Source: Candidatus Harrisonbacteria bacterium
Lineage (GTDB): Bacteria; Patescibacteriota; Minisyncoccia; UBA6257; 02-FULL-45-10c
Reading direction: 5' to 3'
Length of the DNA: 47,862 bases
Assembly (NCBI GenBank): GCA_016214655.1
Contig: JACROC010000007.1
Coordinates: 80,785-128,646, forward strand
Positions 44,685 to 47,862 of the stretch are shown here, in pieces. The notes beneath the pieces were generated by a model. The model was not told the DNA's origin, made no database searches, and worked only from the letters and a program-made list of their open reading frames with translations. Numbering within the stretch: the first letter of the stretch is position 1; every line of letters starts with the position of its first letter. The position numbers and the translations under genes were made by a program.

Positions 44685-45196
44685 TAACGGTAATCTACTC
44701 TCCGGGCCACTTCTCTTTCCCCGGTTATTTTTCTCATCATTTCAAAGCGTTCCTTGCTGCTTACGGCCCTGTCCAGGATGGCTGGTTCTATGGACTTTTC
44801 TCTTTTAGGAAGCGGTTTGCGGCTGGTTTTAAGCTGTTCCCATAGATCATTCAATCTAGACTTGGCGGGAGAAATTCCGGATTCCGGCAATTTGATTTGC
44901 GGAATTTTTTCAGATGCAATCTTACTCTGCCAGAGATAAAAATGCGGCTTAAGGTAAAAATTAAGAGCTGAAAAAGCAATGGTGGTAAATGATTGGCCGT
45001 TAATTTTAATAAATGCAAAAGAGGCGGCAATTATTCCCAGGAAAAGAGTGATAATCAGCCAAAGTATAAATTGCAAAAAGAAAAATAAAGCGAAACTTAT
45101 GCCTCCGGCCACGGCCAGAAATAAAAATTGCTTGATGGTCAGCGGACCAACAATTTTGTCTTCGGTTTCTATAAATTGTGGAACTTGAAAATTCAT
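44684..45196 (-). CDS. PrgI-family (VirB3-like) membrane protein
   Basis: 170 aa. The N-terminus VPQFIETEDKIVGPLTIKQFLFLAVAGGISFALFFF followed by a second TM helix is the PrgI-family pattern. Confidence 0.7.
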   Translation of the reverse strand: MNFQVPQFIETEDKIVGPLTIKQFLFLAVAGGISFALFFFLQFILWLIITLFLGIIAASFAFIKINGQSFTTIAFSALNFYLKPHFYLWQSKIASEKIPQIKLPESGISPAKSRLNDLWEQLKTSRKPLPKREKSIEPAILDRAVSSKERFEMMRKITGEREVARRVDYR

Positions 45197-45211
45197 ACGC
45201 TTACGCTTATC

Positions 45212-45288
45212 CGATACGAAACTACAAATTGATGCGAATCTACAAATGATTTATTCGTTGATTCGGATGTATTCGTAGTTTTGGATCG
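45212..45288. repeat. Long imperfect hairpin (cargo-less inverted repeat) between the PrgI-like and proline-rich genes
   Basis: Hand pairing of 45212-45249 with 45251-45288 gives 29 Watson-Crick plus 2 G-U pairs out of 38 positions. ATACGAA/TTCGTAT-type units are as in the GxxExxY flanks. Confidence 0.7.
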
Positions 45289-45292
45289 CTGT

Positions 45293-46228
45293 TTATTTTT
45301 TACGTAAATCTACAATGCCCCCATCTGGCTTCGGTTCGGTTTTAAACATTTTTCTAAGATCCACGGTGTTGGTTTCTTCTGGCTTAGGCGTCCCAGCGGC
45401 CGTGAGTGGTGTATTCGGGCCGCTGTAGTTAACAATTTTTGTATGGGTAGCCCCCAATCTTTCTTGCTCCCTGGATGATTCAAGTTCTTTTTTAGCTGGA
45501 AGGGGCGGCAGAGTTGATTTTGCTGGTGCCGGTTTTTCTTCTAAGGGCGTCCGCAGGTTGCTATAGTGAACCACCCTGGGTGGAGCTTCAAGTTTAATTA
45601 CGGCTGGTCTTGGCGGTGTTGGCGTTGTTGGCTGGGTTGGCGTCAATTCAATGTGGGCTGCCATTTTTGGTTTGGAAATTTCCTGCGGGGTAGGATAAGA
45701 CGCTGTTTCCTGGTGAAGCATAAACGGGGACGGGCCTTTTATTTCAAAAGATTGCAAATCAATTTTCGGTTCCGCTGGTTTGAGTGGGGCTGGCGGCGCT
45801 GGTTTTGGCGGTAATGGCGGTTGGGGTATTTTTGTAACCGGAATTACAGTCCTCCGAATAAGAGGAATTTCTGGCGCTTCTTCCGGCAATTCAATCGGAT
45901 TATAGATTTTTCCTAGTTCATTTTTGATCGCGGAAAAAACTTTCTGATTTAGTTCATTAGTAATTTTATCTGCAATATCAAGCCGGATATCAAAAAAAGC
46001 GTTTAATTCTTGGGCCATTTCTTCTGGTAGTAGATAACCCAAAAGCACCTCGCCTACAATTTGGGCAACGGCAGAAACTTTTTCTTCGCCTAAACCATAA
46101 TTGTGGCCGAGGATCTCAATAAGTTCCGAGGTTTTTGAAGATGTCAATTCTTTTCTGATTACTTCCGGTAATGACTCAAATCGGTTTTTAATATCTTCTG
46201 TCGCTTTTGAATATTTTTGTTCCGGCAT
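45293..46228 (-). CDS. Hypothetical protein: helical N-domain plus proline-rich repetitive C-terminal half
   Basis: 311 aa. PQPPLPPKPAPPAPLKPAEP tract. Duplicated motifs VVHYSNLRTPL/IVNYSGPNTPL and TVDLRKMFK/IVDLRKK. No TM segment. Confidence 0.5.
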   Translation of the reverse strand: MPEQKYSKATEDIKNRFESLPEVIRKELTSSKTSELIEILGHNYGLGEEKVSAVAQIVGEVLLGYLLPEEMAQELNAFFDIRLDIADKITNELNQKVFSAIKNELGKIYNPIELPEEAPEIPLIRRTVIPVTKIPQPPLPPKPAPPAPLKPAEPKIDLQSFEIKGPSPFMLHQETASYPTPQEISKPKMAAHIELTPTQPTTPTPPRPAVIKLEAPPRVVHYSNLRTPLEEKPAPAKSTLPPLPAKKELESSREQERLGATHTKIVNYSGPNTPLTAAGTPKPEETNTVDLRKMFKTEPKPDGGIVDLRKK

Positions 46229-46253
46229 TTTATTGTTGATTTTTATGGATCAT

Positions 46254-47862
46254 TTATGTAGTTGGCGGCGGTGTGAGATTAATTCCCGAGACTGGGGTGG
46301 TCGATGAAGTTGGTCCCGTAGGTGGGGAAGCTTGTGGCTGCATTTGCGCTATTCTTTCTGCGGCTTCAGTTGCTTCTTTGGCGGCATCTATTGCGGTTTT
46401 TGTTGTGCCTTTTTGAGACGCTAATTTTTCTGCTATATTTGCAGCTGCCTTAGCTGCTTTAGCCGCCTGTTGTATACCCGCCAAATCTCCTTTTGATTTT
46501 GCCAAGTTCGCTTTAGTTTCTTCCGCCACCGCCGCTGTCTTTGCTGTATTTACCGAATTTTCTATATCTGCCGCCGACTCCATGGATTTCATTTTAGATT
46601 TATAAGATTCCCTCGCAGATTTAATTGATTCGGTGGTTTCAGTCATAGCTTTGCGGGATTGTTTCTGTGAAACACCCCCAGTTTTTATTTCTTTAGCAAT
46701 TCGATCTGCTTCGAATTTCGCATCTTCGGCTTCTTGAAGTTTTTTATCGGCCCCGACAAAGTCTCCTGTTTTTATTAGTCGTTCTGCGTCAGCAGTTGCT
46801 GCTGTGGCAATAGTGGTATGACCCATCACCTGACCAGCCCTGCTTTGATCAGCCCTTCTTTGTTTCCGCAAGCTTTTAGCTTCTTCTTTGTCTTTCTCTC
46901 TTTCTTCAAACCACCTAGTTGAGACACCCATTCCGGCGACTGTTCCTTTAACTACGGAGTTCATTAAATCTGGCGGTTTGGCGGCTGCTCCCCTAGCTAA
47001 AACCGCGGCCCCGGCTATTCCCCTAAGTGGCGCAGCTGCTTGTTTTGCGAGCCAGCCGGTAACGCCCTTGCCACCAATTCCAGCTTGAGAAAGTGCATTA
47101 ACTGCCTGTCTTCCAAGCCCAGTCCTAAGCGGTGACGTAAGGGCTTGTCCAGTCTTGCCGCCTAACCATTTAACTGATCCCGTGGCGAATCCGGTAGCGG
47201 TGGCGGTTGCTACTTTAGCAAAACCAACCCCGGTTTTTTCTGAAGCAATCAGTCCCCCGAAAAGGATCCCGATAACCGCTATCATTTGGCCGATGGTTTC
47301 TCCTAGATTTGGCATTAATATGCCGGTTGCAGCTAGCGACTCTTTTTGAAGGGCGTACTGGCTGGCGGTACCTGGCGGGGCAACTATGCTTAAAGATAAA
47401 TAGATAAAAAATGCGGAGGCGGGCGCAAACCAAACCCATTTTAAGAAATTATCCCACCATTCTTGCCAAAATTTTTCTAAATCTGGCCAGATCCACATCA
47501 GCCAGGCAATTGGCATTAAAATAAGCAAAATAGTCAGGGCAATATATCTTATAAGAAGCATTATTGCCAGCCCCAGCATGGCAATGGTGGCAATAACCGT
47601 GAAGATGGCTATAAAAATTAGCGATGCCACAAATGGCATAATAAATAGGCCGGTCATTCCTTTCAATTTTTCTTGAATTGCGTTTGGATCTTCGGTTACT
47701 TGTAAAAAGGTTTGAACCCGGAAGGCATTGGCGAAATTTTTGCCCACTTCATGCAAACTTCCTCCAGTTGCTTTAGCTAAAAAGAAATCAGTTAAAACTC
47801 CGGAAAAATCAACAAAAACTCCGGCAATCACTAAGCTAAAGTTTATTAACAGAGCCGCAATA
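46254..47862 (-). CDS. VirB6/TrbL-like polytopic membrane protein with long Ala/Lys-rich coiled-coil tail; 5' end beyond the window
   Basis: The frame stays open upstream of the track's GTG to the window edge (…IAALLINFSLVIAGV…). There are 5-6 TM helices (e.g. LFIMPFVASLIFIAIFTVIATIAMLGLAIMLLIRYIALTILLILMPIAWLMWIW), then about 280 aa of low-complexity helical sequence and a Pro/Thr tail. Confidence 0.55.
   Translation of the reverse strand, partial: IAALLINFSLVIAGVFVDFSGVLTDFFLAKATGGSLHEVGKNFANAFRVQTFLQVTEDPNAIQEKLKGMTGLFIMPFVASLIFIAIFTVIATIAMLGLAIMLLIRYIALTILLILMPIAWLMWIWPDLEKFWQEWWDNFLKWVWFAPASAFFIYLSLSIVAPPGTASQYALQKESLAATGILMPNLGETIGQMIAVIGILFGGLIASEKTGVGFAKVATATATGFATGSVKWLGGKTGQALTSPLRTGLGRQAVNALSQAGIGGKGVTGWLAKQAAAPLRGIAGAAVLARGAAAKPPDLMNSVVKGTVAGMGVSTRWFEEREKDKEEAKSLRKQRRADQSRAGQVMGHTTIATAATADAERLIKTGDFVGADKKLQEAEDAKFEADRIAKEIKTGGVSQKQSRKAMTETTESIKSARESYKSKMKSMESAADIENSVNTAKTAAVAEETKANLAKSKGDLAGIQQAAKAAKAAANIAEKLASQKGTTKTAIDAAKEATEAAERIAQMQPQASPPTGPTSSTTPVSGINLTPPPTT

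Noticed and set aside
677-47439. The many 60-130-aa antisense or overlapping ORFs in the track (for example 677-928, 8141-8401, 14325-14628, 34342-34734, 35472-35819, 40478-40780, 41857-42126, 45566-45814, 47215-47439)
   Set aside because: All lie inside, and antisense or out of frame to, long ORFs with clear family signatures. None has a recognisable motif or translation signals.
38768-47862. Integrative conjugative element or plasmid-derived island
   Set aside because: No integrase, relaxase, VirD4, flanking tRNA or direct repeats are present in the window, and composition appears similar to the rest of the window. The right boundary is off-window, so this cannot be fully excluded.
1-47862. 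Alternative genetic code (UGA recoding, as in some candidate-phyla bacteria)
   Set aside because: Conserved genes such as ruvC and hicB terminate at TGA at the expected protein length, and long ORFs are uninterrupted in the standard code.

Overview
AT-rich, very gene-dense 47.9-kb chromosomal window (background about 38-40% GC by eye), read in the standard genetic code. TGA, TAA and TAG all act as stops. About 55 protein genes are present, mostly on the minus strand, plus one tRNA-Arg(CCG). The window spans the replication-origin neighbourhood: dnaN and dnaA on the minus strand, divergent from rpmH-rnpA-yidC-jag on the plus strand, with a DnaA-box cluster between dnaA and dnaN. The rest is mostly housekeeping. 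DNA repair and replication genes: uvrB, dispersed ruvA/ruvB/ruvC, mutM, holA, an EndoQ-like PHP protein, and a DNA polymerase I split into separate polymerase and 5'-3' exonuclease genes. Cell-envelope genes: murB, a MurE-like ligase, PBP1A, an M23 peptidase. Others: rpsT, tsaE, yebC, a sensor kinase, an HD (p)ppGpp-hydrolase-like protein, and a PilB/GspE ATPase. The gene content (lamin-tail-domain protein, CPR-type pilin, GxxExxY and four-helix-bundle genes, split polA, short genes) suggests a Patescibacteria/CPR-like genome; this is inference only. Main items worth a second look: (1) A co-directional ten-gene type IV secretion system (T4SS)-like cluster at 38.8-47.9 kb. It has VirB6-like, PrgI/VirB3-like, a two-ORF VirB4, a pilin-like protein and several unnameable partners, with no relaxase, coupling protein or integrase in view. 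(2) Two small accessory genes (four-helix-bundle/23S-IVS family and GxxExxY PD-(D/E)XK family), each bracketed by about 35-nt imperfect inverted repeats, plus an apparently empty hairpin of the same style. (3) A dispersed family of heptamer-phased TAG/TAA arrays at gene boundaries that place stop codons in all frames. (4) A roughly 350-bp island of about 63% GC carrying one 95-aa ORF right after a uvrB that lacks its C-terminal UVR domain. (5) A stand-alone promoter-driven structured RNA or MITE-like element closed by a perfect 21-bp stem. (6) A hicB-hicA module whose toxin is frameshifted at a T7 run. (7) A membrane-anchored Clp/Hsp100 ATPase with a dead first ATPase domain. All coordinates, alignments and counts were done by hand from the sequence. 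Every family assignment needs HMM or structure confirmation.
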